DNA from: Octopus sinensis
Taxonomy: Eukaryota
NCBI RefSeq assembly: GCF_006345805.1
Contig: NC_043000.1
Location: 111,786,001-111,850,000, forward strand
Reading direction: 5' to 3'
Length of the DNA: 64,000 nucleotides
In this document: piece after piece, positions 24,629-38,130 of the stretch
Position numbering within the stretch: position 1 is the stretch's first letter
Layout of the letters: the number at the start of each line of letters is the position of its first letter
The notes under the pieces: model-generated
Databases searched by the model: none
What the model was told of the DNA's origin: nothing
What the model saw: the letters and a program-made list of their open reading frames with translations, nothing else
Made by a program: the position numbers and the translations under genes

Positions 24629-25060
24629 CTAGCTTAAGGTGACCCGCTCTACACGCGGGCAAGAGTGTGGTTGTTACTTTCTGTTTTTTTATCACCACAT
24701 TCTCCCTCTTTGTTTCTCTCTCATTTTCCCACTCTCTTACTCTTCCTTTCTCTCGGACTCTCCCTCGCTTTCTCTTACTCTCCCATTTATAAACAACAAA
24801 AGATCTTGAGTAAGTTGAGAAAGAAAATATTTTGAAAAATCAATCATAAATATCAGGCAGTGATGGTAAGGTCTGCTTCAAGGCAGACAGCAAAACACTA
24901 ACATTTAAAAGGGACAGACGAACTTGCAAGCTGAATAAAAATAAAAAAAGTTTGAAGGGCTAGAATCTGAGGATAGTAGAGTCACCATGGCTGACATTTC
25001 TTAACGACGGACAGCAACATAGTGACAGTTTAACGGCTGGCGTAACATACATTGTACTTA
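24629..25060 (-). mobile_element. Helitron-like element, 3' end
   Basis: On the minus strand a cccgc...gcggg hairpin is followed by CTAG at 24632-24629, next to (TA)n. The 5' boundary is uncertain. Confidence 0.55.
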
Positions 25061-25480
25061 TTCAGAACGAATGGTCTATGAGCACAAATCATACACTCGT
25101 ATAAACTGATTCATTATAAAGCTACAGCTTTCTGTCAGCCCAGAGTTACCGTCTTTGGTGTATTCCCAACTGAGGAAGGCATAACCAGCCAGACAGGTAT
25201 CTAGAGTTCCAAGCGAAAGCGCCAATGAGACACGGATGTATTTACACTTTTATCACAAGCAAGTATCATTGTTTTTCCGCCGTAAACTGCAATAGAAGTT
25301 AGATGTCTTGCAAACAACTTGCACATGCAAGTGCTACCAGTCAAAAGCTCCGCATACCAGAAGCCAGCAAGTGTATGGGGTCATCAGGAAAGAATGCGCG
25401 CCGTTCTGGGGCCTACCTCTCAACGGCATCAATGCGCACCGGCCCTCTTCATTGGTATGAGGCCCCGCTTGCTAGATTAG

Positions 25481-25870
25481 CTAGTTATCAAATAAAGCTC
25501 GATATTCTTCTAGCCATCGCTCATCGTCTCTTTTTAACCAAATCCAGTGGCTAGCCTTCTGCACTGTAGATTGGATATCGGTCATGGTGGTATTGACTTT
25601 GCGATGAGTTAGGCCTAACGATAACAACAGTTGTCTCACACTGTGTCCACCGAACCCTCTACATCTGACTTTGACTGGAAAATGCTCCGCTTTCCAGCCT
25701 GCGTCTTCACATTCCTCGAGGAGGTTTACATAATGGACAATCTTTCAAGCCCGAGCAGCGTCCATATTATCTTCATGAGGAACTGTTAACTCGACTAGAT
25801 TTACAACTTTCCTTCTTTCACACATCAAAATGTCTGGTTTTTTCGTAATTGGGATGGGAAAGAATCTCTG
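25481..25870 (-). pseudogene. Hero-like non-LTR retrotransposon RLE endonuclease fragment
   Basis: Manual translation QRFFPIPITKKPDILMC...LVELTVPHEDNMDAARA*K...GWKAEHFPVKVRCRGF...QKASHWIWLKRDD carries the PD..E RLE core and GCRGF-like and WLWLKR-like motifs. Confidence 0.8.
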
Positions 25871-25998
25871 GCACAAGTATATTTGAACTAAGTTAAAGTG
25901 TGTTTATTTCCCATCATTGCTTTACAAAACTACTTTATATATGTGGCACATTTTTCGTCACTATTTAATCAGGGTTGATCTTCATTCAAACACCACAA

Positions 25999-26182
25999 CC
26001 TATTTCTTTACAGAGAGGACAAACAAACGGATTAAGTCGATTATATCTACCCCAGTGCGCAAATGGTACGCAATTTATCGACCCCAAAAGGATGAAAAGT
26101 AAAGTCGACCTCGGCGGAATTTGAACTCAGAACGTAGTGGCAGACGAAATACGGGTACGCATTTCGGCCGGCGCGCTAACGT
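25999..26182 (-). mobile_element. Family A SINE
   Basis: gtcgacctcggcggaatttgaactcagaacgtag...gtttctgccagctcgccgcc. Confidence 0.85.
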
Positions 26183-26723
26183 TTCTGCCAGCTCGCCGCC
26201 TTTACACACAACAACCACCTCAAACTTCGACTGTGGTTAGATTCTTGAGATGAGAAGATAACCCGAGTACACTTCTGAGAGAATTACATCAAGATTAAAA
26301 ATAAACGAGTATATTTATTCTAGGAGAGGTACTGGAAGATAATTTCTAAATTGTTACACGTTGGCGATTCTGAGAGAGAGAGAGAGAGAGAGAGTGTGTG
26401 TGTGTGAGCATCCGTCCGTAAGGTGTGTCTCAGTGGGTGGGTGTGCACGTGAATGTCTCATGCTCAATTGTTTTCGCAAGTCACCGTTCAGTGAGCAACC
26501 GATCGCCCACATCAATATAAACACTGAAGACTGAACCATTATTTGTTATTGACAAAACCCACTCCTCAAAATATATTTAGTTTTGATGTAATCCTGACAA
26601 GACGTGGGAGTTATCTCCCTTCCATATTCTTAAATTGGCAACAAAATGCACGATATTGGTCTTTTAGTCCGCTCCAAGCATGCCCTTGTGGCTAATAAAA
26701 GAAAATTATTAGTATCAATTTTC

Positions 26724-26938
26724 GGTACTATTTAAGAAGAGTGGCCCGGTGCGCACACTCCCGTACTCGCGCATCCGCGCTAGCTAGTAGCCTACTACGA
26801 CTACTCTAGCAAAGTAAATAAAACACAAAAATAAATAATATTCTAAAACAAAGTAAGGATCGACTAGTCATGACTAGCTAGCGTGGATGCGCGAATACGC
26901 GAGTGCGCGCACCGGGACCACTCTTCTTAAATAGTACC
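26724..26938. mobile_element. Merlin-like MITE (GGTAC TIR), copy 1
   Basis: 21-bp perfect TIR ggtactatttaagaagagtgg; flanks caattttc / ctattttc (7/8, overlapping the last TIR base). Confidence 0.7.
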
Positions 26939-26944
26939 TATTTT

Positions 26945-27199
26945 CTTTATCACGGGTTTTGTCGGAGCTCCTGGAGTCTTGCATGTGTAGCGGGCTTACT
27001 ACCTGCAGCCTACGGTACCATCTACCCATTCTTTTCAGCTAACACTTTCCTGGTTATTCTGGCCGTGCTAAGGAGGCAAACCTTTTGTAACAGCTCCACT
27101 GAGCACTCTATTCCAATTTCATCGATATTCCTCTTGATACTGTTCCCAAGGACCCAACAATAATTGGCACTATCTTTATCTTCTTCATTTTCCATTGCC

Positions 27200-27203
<4 letters not shown>
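26945..27203 (-). pseudogene. R4/Dong-like non-LTR retrotransposon C-terminal fragment
   Basis: RQWKMKKIKIVPIIVGSLGTVS, then after a frameshift LLQKVCLLSTARITRKVL; truncated at a (TAA)n tract. Confidence 0.8.
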
Positions 27204-27231
<28 letters not shown>

Positions 27232-27670
27232 GAGTGAGAGAGTAGCGCACGCCATCAAAGTGACACTGGGGTACAATTATACGAAGCCCAGTATACCCAT
27301 CATGACTACCCGTCTGACAAGGGTACACCAGGCACATGCAACACAACCATATGTGCGCGACATGGTGATCTCATATCAAGATAAACACCACATGACCTTG
27401 CAGGTGGGGCCCAGTTAGAATTTTATTCAGGTTGAGTAACCCATCCCACTCAAAAGGTCCCCAAAAGAGGATTAAGGATGATGAACGAAACACCCATGTT
27501 TCCAGAAATAAATTATTCAATCTCCAAAGAATTCCTCTCATATCGTCAGACACCAAGGGACATGCTCAACTGGTTAAGTCAAACAACTGACAAGTAAACC
27601 TGTGGTATTGAGCAGAATATTTGCTGTAGACCATCATTTATACCAAGACAAAACAATGTACGTAATAACC
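27203..27670 (-). mobile_element. Family D (TAA)n-tailed repeat
   Basis: Reverse-complement homolog of 3526-3997. Confidence 0.75.
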
Positions 27671-28512
27671 TTATTATTATTATTTTGTACTTTGTTCCTT
27701 TTCAGGTCGGTTTGTTAGCCCTGCATTTTAAATAGACGCTGGTGTTGGGCTTAATTAATGAACTTTGTATCATTCAATTACAAATCGGAAAATGAGAAGT
27801 TTACATTTTTATCAGTTAAACAACTCAATCAGTTTCGCGTAAAAACCAAGAATCATTTAGCTCACAGAATCATTACTGCTACGAACAAAATACCTAGCGG
27901 CATTTCTTCCGACTTTACGATCTGAATTCAAATACCACTTTGCCTTTCATCCTTTCGGGGTCGATAAAATATGTACCAGGTGAGCACCGGGGGCGATGTA
28001 ATCAACCATCTTCCTCCTCCTCACCCGAAATTGCTGGTCAAAATTTGAAATTGTTGTTGTTACTGTCAAGAGAGAAAGACTTGCCCATGACCCTTTATAA
28101 GACCTGTATAACTGGCGGAGAAAGAAGGAAGAATCGTTAAAGTGGGAATTGGACTGAATCCTTGCAACAGACTTCACCCCGATAAAGGTGTCAAGTGATG
28201 GACGAACCAAGCGACGGATTTAGCCTGCTTCCCGCCCTCCCCAGTAATCCATGGCTGGATTTGAACACACAACGCAAAGAACTGGAATAAATACTGGGAA
28301 ACATCTAGTTCGACCAGCTGCACCTCTACCCTTGATTGGGATTTTAGTTGTCGATTGACATCGCGCCTTAAATTTGCCGAGAGAGAGAATATCTTTGATT
28401 CACTGATTACACTCTATGGATGCCACTTCAAATATTTATAAAGCTAAAGAGACTTTACAAAGCACATTTAAACTAGGTACCCAGTCATACAAGACACTCC
28501 CACCATCTAAGC

Positions 28513-28761
28513 CAGTGCTACTCAATGGTGGTCCGCGGACCGGTGCCGGTACGTGGCAGAAAAGAAACATTATAAAATGTTTATGTAATATTGTATTATT
28601 TCTTTACAAAATAAAATATAAGGTAAAAAAAAACTGTCAACTTTTATTATATTCATTATATATATTGTTTCCGGTATAATTCAATATTACCGGTCCCTGG
28701 CACATTGGGGGGTAAAAAAACAACTGCCGGTACGCCACACCAAATAGTTTGAGAAGCACTG
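28513..28761. mobile_element. hAT (Charlie-like) MITE
   Basis: TIRs cagtgctactcaa / ttgagaagcactg; perfect 8-bp TSD atctaagc at 28505-28512 and 28762-28769. Confidence 0.9.
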
Positions 28762-29175
28762 ATCTAAGCAACCGCAGAAGTATCAACATAAACGGTTTTG
28801 GTTTGTTTTTCGCTGTCGCATTTTATTTTACTATTATAATAAATAGCATCAATAGAATGAAATTATTATCCTTTATTGCTAATCGAAAGTTCTGCATTCG
28901 TTTCTGCCAACTATGTTATTTGGGTTTAGGTATATCCTGATCTATAAATTTCTATTACAATATAAAATTTGTACCTACACACATATATACACAGTTATTG
29001 TGTTGGAGCAGCTGATTTTATTGAATATTAATTAAATAGTTCCTGTAGACAAACGGTGGAATAAAGTGCAATGTCGAAGATAACTGGTAGGATTTGAACC
29101 CCGTCATAAATCAACGAAATTAATTACTGCACAGAGTGCTACGTTCTGTTCCACCCTTTATAGACTCAATATTAA

Positions 29176-29660
29176 TATCCTTCTCTACTCTAGGAACAAG
29201 GACGAAATTTTAGGGGAAGGGGCCAGTCGATTAGATCGACCCCAGTACGCAACTGGTACTCAATTTATCGACCCCGAAAGAGAGAAAAGGCAAAGTCGAC
29301 CTCGGCGGAATTTGAACTCAGAACGTAACGGCAGACGAAATACCGCTAAGCATTTCGCCCGGCGCGCTAACGTTTCTGCCAGCTCGCCGCCTTAGCTAAC
29401 GATAATAACATCACAACAAATTATATTAAGATAATGGTAATAATAATAACGACTTCAAATTTTGGCACAAGGCCAGTAATTTCAGGGAAGGGGTTAAGTC
29501 GATTATATTGACCCTCAGTGCCCAACTGGTACTTATTTTATCGACCCCGAAAGGACGAAAGGCATTACCTCGGCGGAATTTGAACTCAGGACGTAGCGAT
29601 GGGTGAAATGCTGTTAAGCATTTTGCCCGACATGCTAACCATTCTGCCAGCTCGCCTCCT
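29176..29660 (-). mobile_element. Two tandem family A SINEs
   Basis: Two copies of the cgaccccgaaagg...ctcggcggaatttgaactcag core. Confidence 0.85.
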
Positions 29661-30227
29661 CAGATAATAGTAATGGCCTCAAATTTTAGCACAAGGCCAG
29701 AAATTTTAGGAAGTAGTTGTGAGGTCAGTTGCATGATAATATACTTTATGGTTTTAGTTTTCGCGTTTTCGAAATATCTAAGGATTGAAAATAAAGTTTC
29801 ATAAAGTTCGTTGATTAGTTACCATTAGTCGTTTTCATAGATCTTATAAGAAGAAAAACAATTCTATAAATATTTCCCCAGAATAACAAAGCAAGCGAAC
29901 TTGCTATCCCAACGGTTCATATTAATTTCGAAGCGAAACCTTCCGTCATTCAGAAGGTTGTAGTGCAGTCTTTTTATCGTTCAGTGGCTCAATATGTTTC
30001 CACCTGCCAACGTGGGAAATTGTTTGCCAAATTTATGTGCGACTTATTTGAAATAGCATCCAAAGTCTCCTTCAAATCACCCCATACTATCTTTAAAAAG
30101 CAAAGGAAAGGGCAAATAGAGTATTCTTGAAAACAAGGCAGGGTAGCCACGACATGAAAGCTTTTGAACATAAATCTACCCTATCAGAATAAAAGGGACT
30201 AAATATAGGAAAGGAAAAGCAGTTTCC

Positions 30228-30626
30228 GGTACTACTAGCGAACAGTGGTCCCGGTGCGCGACCTCGCGCATCCGCGCTAGCTAGTCGTAAGTAGTCGATC
30301 CTACAACGACTTTTTAACCCTAACCTTAGTTTGTTTATAAAAATAATTTATTTAATTGGTTTAAAAAATTAATTACTTTGCGTTTTATTTACTTTGTTCG
30401 AAAAATATTTAATTTGTGTAAAAAAAAATTATATACATTGTTTATAAAAATAATTTGTTTTCTTAGTTTAAAAATTATTTACTTTGTTCGAAAAATATAA
30501 TTTAATTTCCTTTGATATGTATTCAGCCTTGAAATACAAACATATGCGCAAGTCGTTGTAGGATCGACTACTTACGACTGGCTAGCGCGGATGCGCGCAC
30601 CGGGACCGCTGTTCGCTAGTAGTACC
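30228..30626. mobile_element. Merlin-like MITE, copy 2
   Basis: Long TIRs ggtactactagcgaacagtggtcccggtgcgcg; perfect 8-bp TSD cagtttcc. Confidence 0.85.
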
Positions 30627-30717
30627 CAGTTTCCTAAGAAGGGAAATTTAAAAACCAAATGTTAAAACGGGTGCAGGTAAGATGTCAAGTTCAATTCCAA
30701 CAAGCAGCACTCTAGTC

Positions 30718-31032
30718 CAGCGTTTTTCAAACTTTTTTTTTTTTGCTGCAACCCACAAGAACCACGTTTTGCATTGCGACCCATGCCTTGGACAAAACCA
30801 AGTTATTTTGACTGCGATAACATCCTTTTTGTATATGTATAATAAATTCACATGTCCCATTATGTTTTGATTGATAAAGCCTGACTTTGTCATGGGAGAA
30901 ATCGGTAAAACTAGAGTTTATTTGCGAATGCTGTGCAACATTTAGAGTTGTTTATATTCTGCACTTTGCACCCGCTGCGTTTTCTTTTTCTTTCCTTCTT
31001 CTTTGTCGCGACCCACAGTTTGAAAAATGCTG
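30718..31032. mobile_element. hAT (Charlie-like) MITE
   Basis: TIRs cagcgtttttcaaact / agtttgaaaaatgctg; TSD ctctagtc / ctctggac (6/8). Confidence 0.75.
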
Positions 31033-32149
31033 CTCTGGACAAATGTCTTTTGCTATAGCCCTGTACTGACCAACACTTAGTAGATGTAGATGAATTTGGG
31101 GCGGAGGTGAAATTATTAACCATCTTACAAACAATAACTCTGAGCACCTTTTCAAACTCCATCTGTCTAACACCCGTGGAAATGTTTACAAAGTATGAAA
31201 ACAGCACAGCTCCTTCCATGACTTTCGGAAACATTTTTTCACGCTAAAAGTTGCTGAAGCATGGAACAAACTGCCGGCATCAGTTGTTAGTTGTCGTAGC
31301 ACTGCATCCTTCAAAACTTCCATGCTTCCTGAGATTCGCCAACACTACACCTGATTTTCTCCCCTCCATGCACACAAGCAAGCATGTATCTGACTCATAC
31401 ACTGTTCACTTCCCAGACATTTGTACATTACTGCATATGCTTTATACGCACTTTTGACAAGTTGTGGGGCACCTGAGCAATGTATACAATAATTTCATTA
31501 TTATTATCATTATTTAAATACACACACCACACGTTTTCGGCGTAACCCTAACCTAACCATAAAAACGGGTGGTGTGCGTATTCTTTACCTTCGCCGAAAT
31601 TTGGTAGACGGAAACTGCGTTGAAGCCCTCTGGAGAAACCGTTTCTGTTCGCCTGATTTAATACCACAATTTGTCTCTTAGATGCCTCCAGCGAAGGCCA
31701 TTCTGTTGTATGCGTTTAGGCTGGGTCTCAGTCTGAAGACCGCTTTCACCATTTAATTGTAGAATGCAATTTCACTATAGGCCTACCATTATTATGGAAC
31801 CCTTTAAACCTATCTCTTTCATTCATTCAAGTTCTAGGTAAACTCCCGCCGAACAGACCTATAGCGTCTTTTACATTCTTTTTAGCCAAAACCAGACTGT
31901 CCAACATGTTGCTCCTTTTTTTATATATTTATTTTCTAGATGGTACGATATAATAAGGAGGTTTAGCTGCTATTTTTGAAGTCGAGGGGTCCTTGTTGGA
32001 ATAATGTACAGCGAAGTGCTGTTCACTATCTCTGCCCCACAAAACTAAAGCACTAACTTAAATACGAACACAAAATATTTTCAGCCGAGGGGCATGCACG
32101 TTGTCCCCTAGTCAAAGCACAAAATATTTTCAGCCGAGGGACATGCATG

Positions 32150-32250
32150 GGTACTACTAGGGTTAGGGTTAAAAAGTCGTTGTAGGATCGACTACTTACG
32201 ACTAGCTAGCGCGGGTGCGCGCACCGGGACCACTGTTCGCTAGTAGTACC
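32150..32250. mobile_element. Merlin-like MITE, copy 3 (internally deleted)
   Basis: ggtactactag...ctagtagtacc with 8-bp TSD catgcatg on both sides. Confidence 0.8.
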
Positions 32251-35028
32251 CATGCATGTTGTCCCTTAGTCGTCCTTTACATTCTTAATGAATGAAAACA
32301 AATGATAAGTGAGGGAAAGTTTCTATTTTGATAAATGAATGAATGAAGAAAGACACTCCTCTGACCTTTATACGTGTTTGTCATAGTTAACTAATTGCAG
32401 GTCGTTGACTTCGGTTTAGTGCAGAATGGAATACGAGAAATGAAAGCAACAACAACAACAAAACCATGTGCATTAATATGAGAAAATAAAAATACTAATA
32501 ATAATAAAAAAGAGAGAAACAAACGTTCCTATGACTACCTCTTTCTGTTGCCCACAATTTACGTCAGCAACGCAAGCCGGAACTGAGCCATATTCCAACC
32601 ATTCAAAACCTTTACGAAATTCTTAACTTACACTTCGTCCTGGTGCCTTCCCTCCTCCTCTGCCTCCTATTCCACTATCTCACACCTTCTTTCTACTCCT
32701 ACTCCACTCTTGCCTGTTCCTCCTCCTCCTACTTCACTCTTCCTCACCCTCCTCCTACTCCTACGTTACTCTTTCTCTCTCCTCCCCCTTTCCCTCCTTC
32801 TCCACCTTTCATTTTCTTTAAATTCTTCTGAGGGTTTTGGGAAGAGAAGGCAAAAAGATAAATAAAATAAATATTTTGGCAGCAAAGTAAGGAAGCATGT
32901 AGGGGAGATAAGTCTAGATGACAAATCATTCTAACGTGAACGTGGTGCAGACGGTGAAGCAACCATTCCAAGCAGCTGCTCAAACGGTATACTGTTTTGT
33001 ATCTTATTTATGCCTTTTTTTTCATTCATACTTCTGTGTTGTATTCTTGTTATGTTTCGCATATCCATGTCATCATCAATTTGAACCGATCTCGAACGGG
33101 AAAGAAAAATAAATAAATGTAGCTCTCTTACAAAAAAAGAAATTACCCATCCCTTTATTAATTCAATTGTATTTCGCCCCCTTATAGATTTTATTTCTTT
33201 ACTACCCACAAGGGGCTAAACATAGAGGGGACAAACAAGGATATACAAAGAGATTAAGTCGATTACATCGACCCCAGTGCATAACTGGTACTTAATTTAT
33301 CGACCCCGAAAGGATGAAAGGCAAGATCGACCTCGACGGAATTTGAACTCACCTTATAGATTTAAGCTTGAATTTGACTAAGGTTGACTTTACACTGTTC
33401 CTAGAGCTTGACGTATGTGTGGTGGGGGTAGTTAGGACATAAAAAAAAAGTAAGCTGGATAAGAAAAAGGTAATTTTAATAATTTTGATATGTAAAACAT
33501 TATTTTTAATAATATATAAAAATTAATGTAAATATATTCCAAATTGTAAACAATAGTTCTGCTATCTCCTCCCACCCCAGGTAGCTAAAATTTTATATAA
33601 GAGCACCACTTTTCAAGATGAAACATGGAGGTTGTTGAACTCTTTTTTTGTTTCTGAAATTTGCTTTTTTTTTTTTTTTTTTGCTCCTCTGAGAATGTTG
33701 TATTCCTCCAAGGACTACAATAGTTTTTGGAAAAAACTTTACTGATTTCAAAAATATTCTAAACATTACTATAGTGTATTAAAAGAAAATGTGTTTTCCC
33801 AGAAAATTGAAAGTGTAAAGGCAAAAATTACTTTCTGATCAGTATATCTTTACTTTTTTATGAAGCTCAATTGAAACCATTTTCTGTGTGGCTTGGATGT
33901 TACCACTCCAAGTAGATCAACATCCTCATCTAAAGATTATCAGAATCCTTTGTAAAGTAATTTATCTAACATTTAGTGAATTCCTTTGATTATTTTTATT
34001 TTTTACATAATTTTCAGGTAAGGTTAATTAATCATGTAGCATCTATTTGATCTACAAAAGAACTTTTCTAAATGTAAATAGATAATATTGGTAAAAATTA
34101 ACTGGGATTTTTTTTAAATAAAAAAGGAATGTACTCTGTTTCAATTATTCACTGTCCCAGGGAATATTGTTTCCCTCTAAGAATTTTGGAAAAAAACCAA
34201 AACCCTTGTTACATAACTATAGGTGATTTTTGAAGTTGAGGTGCTGGAACAACCAAGCATCATTGTATATTTCACCTGATATTCTAGCAAGACAAGATGT
34301 CAATGGTAATCGAAGCTTCATTATTTTGTCTGCCACTACGTTCTGAGTTGAAATTCCGCCGAGGTCGACTTTACCTTTCATCCTTTCGGGGTCGATTAAA
34401 TAAGTACCCGTTATGCACTGGGGTCAATATAATCGACTTAATCCATTTGTCTGTCCTTGTTTGTCCTCTCTGTGTTTAGCCGCTTGTGGACAGTAAAGAA
34501 ATAGGTAATTGAAGCTTCGTTAAATATGGGACCAATCTTGGTCAACACTACCAGGATGTCCCAAATGAAGCCAGTTCATATATTTCATCAACATATTATG
34601 ATATGTCATCATCTTATTTCCCAAGTCATTTCCTGGCACTTGACACCTCCATGAAGCAATGTATCTTTGTAAATGACTGAAATCTATTGTAACATCTTTT
34701 ATGCTTATGTGTAAGGCAGTGATCTGGCTGAATCATTAGCAAGCTGGGTAAAATGCTTAGCAGTATTTCATCTGTCTTTACACTCTGTGTTCAAATTTTG
34801 CCAAGGTCGCCTTGGCCTTTTATCCTTTCAGGGTCAATTAAATAAGCTCCAGTTACACACAGGGGTCTATGTAATCAACTGAACCCCTTCTCTGCAAGCT
34901 GCCCTTGGGGCAAAAATTTGAAATCATTAAGGATGTGTGTGTGTGTGTACACTCACTCACAGACCTCTTTCTCTCTATATATATAAATATATATATACAC
35001 ATACATACATCTCTCTCTCTGTATATAA

Positions 35029-35061
<33 letters not shown>

Positions 35062-35093
35062 TCTCTCTCTCTCCTCCCTCTTTGTATATATAT

Positions 35094-35241
35094 AATATTT
35101 TTTTATAATTATGAGTATAATTATAATTAGGGTTCAGCAAAAAATTTGCTTAACCAAATACCGAACTTTAGAAATAGCAGCAAAAAAAAAAACTTAGCTG
35201 AACCCTAATTATAATTATACTCATAATTATAAAAAAATATT
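35094..35241. repeat. Perfect 45-bp inverted repeat with 58-nt spacer
   Basis: 35094-35138 is the reverse complement of 35197-35241. Confidence 0.9.
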
Positions 35242-35311
35242 GTTTAAGTTTACCGAAAATGGTCCTTTTAACATGCCAAATACTACTTAATTTTACCCTT
35301 TATTATTATTG

Positions 35312-35349
<38 letters not shown>

Positions 35350-36642
35350 GACAGTACACTCTGTAAAGTGTTTGGCATTAAGAGGGATATCCAGCCATAG
35401 AAACCATATCAAAATAGACATTGGAGCGGAGCTCAGTGTCGTCGTCTGGCTTGCCAGCTCCTGTTGAACCATTTAACCAATGCTAGCATGGAAGGCAGAC
35501 ATTGAATGATGACGTTGATGAAGTGGAACCAATTAATAACTTGCTGGGACATAACTGAAGACTTCACTATTTTCTGTAAATATTTACAGGAAAATCTATC
35601 AATGGTTTTCTTTTGCTTTCTCAATGACTACAGCCTACACCCAGCACTTGTAAAAACATTCCTTCAATATTCAGTGCTCCTACTGTTTACAGCAGTGAAG
35701 CTTTACTTTGCTATTCTAAGGTTTTACTGTAATGTGGACGAGGCACAGTAGTAAACTGTACCTCCTCATGGTTCTTATTTACAAATAAATAGTGCTGAAG
35801 ACGAGATATACATTGCAGAGTGTTCAACAGCACATTGTCTCTCACCAGTAATATACTAGGGATCATGTCAGTTGATCCTAACCCTACTCCTCACTGATCC
35901 TCACTATCATTATTAGCATCAGAACTATCACCAATTTTCATCATCATCATCATAATCAACATTATCTATGTGAATGGTTCTCACACTGACAATCACTTGC
36001 CTCTACCACCAACGCCACCAGCATATCAGTTGCCCTTAATGAGGATACAAAATACAATTTATATCCATAAAACTCTTCCTTTTCCACTACCATGGTGTTG
36101 GGGGAAATTTTTTTTAATGTTTAAAAACCATCTTTGTTTTGTTAAACAGTTTGTCTTCTATTTTTCCTGTTTTTATTTCTTTTATCCCATCAGTGGTGTA
36201 GCTGGAAAGTGTACTACCCAGAGCAGCAACCCTGAAGTTTACCTTCCCACCCTGAGCAGTTATTCATAACATGTCCCTTAATATATGCCACACCTTCATT
36301 TCAATACACCCAATATAGGCTTATCTATCAAACCCATAAATGAGGGGTCCCCAGACCCTCAACACTATAAGACTTAGCACACTCTATTGTGCAACACCTA
36401 TAAAAGCATCACTTGGGGTGGACTGTCCCCACCGCTACACCGTTGCAGCCCACCCACCCTTCACAAGACCCATTGATCAATGTTACCCCTTTGAAGAGTG
36501 GGGTAACTATGACTGAATCAATGGAGTAAGGAAGCAATTACTTTGGATAATATTTAGTTCCATCTTTTTACACCCTTTCTTACTAGTTTTGTTTTTCATC
36601 ATTCCAAGCCAAACTTTATCTGAGGTTGACCATTTACTACCA

Positions 36643-36674
<32 letters not shown>

Positions 36675-36778
36675 TATGCTTTCCTTTCATTATAACTTTA
36701 TTTCAGCTGCCTTAGTACCAGGCATCCTCTGGAGGCCAAGAGTAGCAAGCGCACTTTTTATTATTGTTATCATCATTT

Positions 36779-37410
36779 AAGGTGGTGAGCTGGCAGAATC
36801 GTTAGCATGCCAGGCGAAATGCTTAGTAGTATTTTGTCTGTCTTTACATTCTGAGTTCAAATTCCGCCAAGGTTGACTTTACCTTTCATCCTCTCGGGGT
36901 CGATTAAATAAGTACCAGTTACACACTGGGCTTGATATAATCGACTTAATACATTTGTCTGTCCTTGTTTATCCCCTCTGTGTTTAGCCCCTTGTGGGCA
37001 GTAAAGAAATAGGTATTTCGTCTGCCGCTATGTTCTGAGTTCAAATTCCGCCATGGTCAACTTTGTCTTTCATCCTTTCGGGGTTGATAAATTAAGTACC
37101 AGTTGCATACTGGGGTTGATCTAATCGACTGGCCTCCCTCCCCCAAAATTTTGGGCCTTGTGCCTAAAGTAGAAAAGATTATTATTATCATTATTATCAT
37201 GACAGTGATCTGGCAGAAATGTTAGCATGCTGGACAAATGATAAGCAACATTCCATGTCTTTACATTCTGAGTTCGCATTCCACCAAGGTTGACTTTGCC
37301 TTTCAATCTCTTGAGGTTGATGAAACAAATACCAGTTGAGCACTGGAGTTAAAGTAATCAACCAGCTTCCTCTCTGGAAATTTCTGGCCTTTTTCCTAAA
37401 ATACAAAGGA
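36779..37410 (+). mobile_element. Cluster of three family A SINEs
   Basis: Three ttctgagttc...ttgactttgcctttc-like cores in tandem. Confidence 0.8.
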
Positions 37411-37902
37411 TTATCACCATCATTGCTATTGTCTTTTCAGTTAAAAGTCACAACACTTGGAAGCACTGACCAATGGAGTTGTCCTCTTTTCCAGACGTAA
37501 GTACATTTTCTTTTCATACCGTTAATGTGTTTGTGTATAGTTTCTTGTATGTGCATGTGTGTGTGTTTGTATTTAAGTATACTGTGTATGTATTTAAATA
37601 TGTATGTGTCTACATCTAAGTACATAATTTGTTTGTGTGTACATTTAAGAACATATGTATGTATGTGTGTGCATGTAATTATATTATATAATTTCAGATT
37701 CTGTATTTTTTGTTTTTCTCGTTATTTTTCCCCTTTTTTGTAGAATCCCACCTGTAGTTCTGGCCCCACAAGACATACAACACCTTAGTTTATATTCACC
37801 TGTTATTATTGTAATTAATAAATATTGTTGTTATTGTCTTAATTAAAAATATTGTGAGAAGACTCATCAAGCCGAGCAAAATCACAGTCGTGGCAGATAC
37901 CA

Positions 37903-38130
37903 GTTTCATGTAAATTGGCACCCATGCCAGTGGTATGTAAACACACCCTGGTTTCATGTAAATTGGCACCCATGCCAGTGGTATGTAAACACACCCTGGT
38001 GTCATGCAAATTGGCACCCATGCCAGTGGTATGTAAACGTACCCTGGTGTCATGCAAATTGGCACCCATGCCAGTGTGGTATGTAAATGTACCCTGGTGT
38101 CACACAAATGGAACCTGTGCTAGTGGCATG
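37903..38130 (+). repeat. 48-bp tandem repeat (~4.5 copies) inside an RTE 3' UTR
   Basis: tcatg[t/c]aaattggcacccatgccag at 37906, 37954, 38002 and 38050. Confidence 0.9.
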
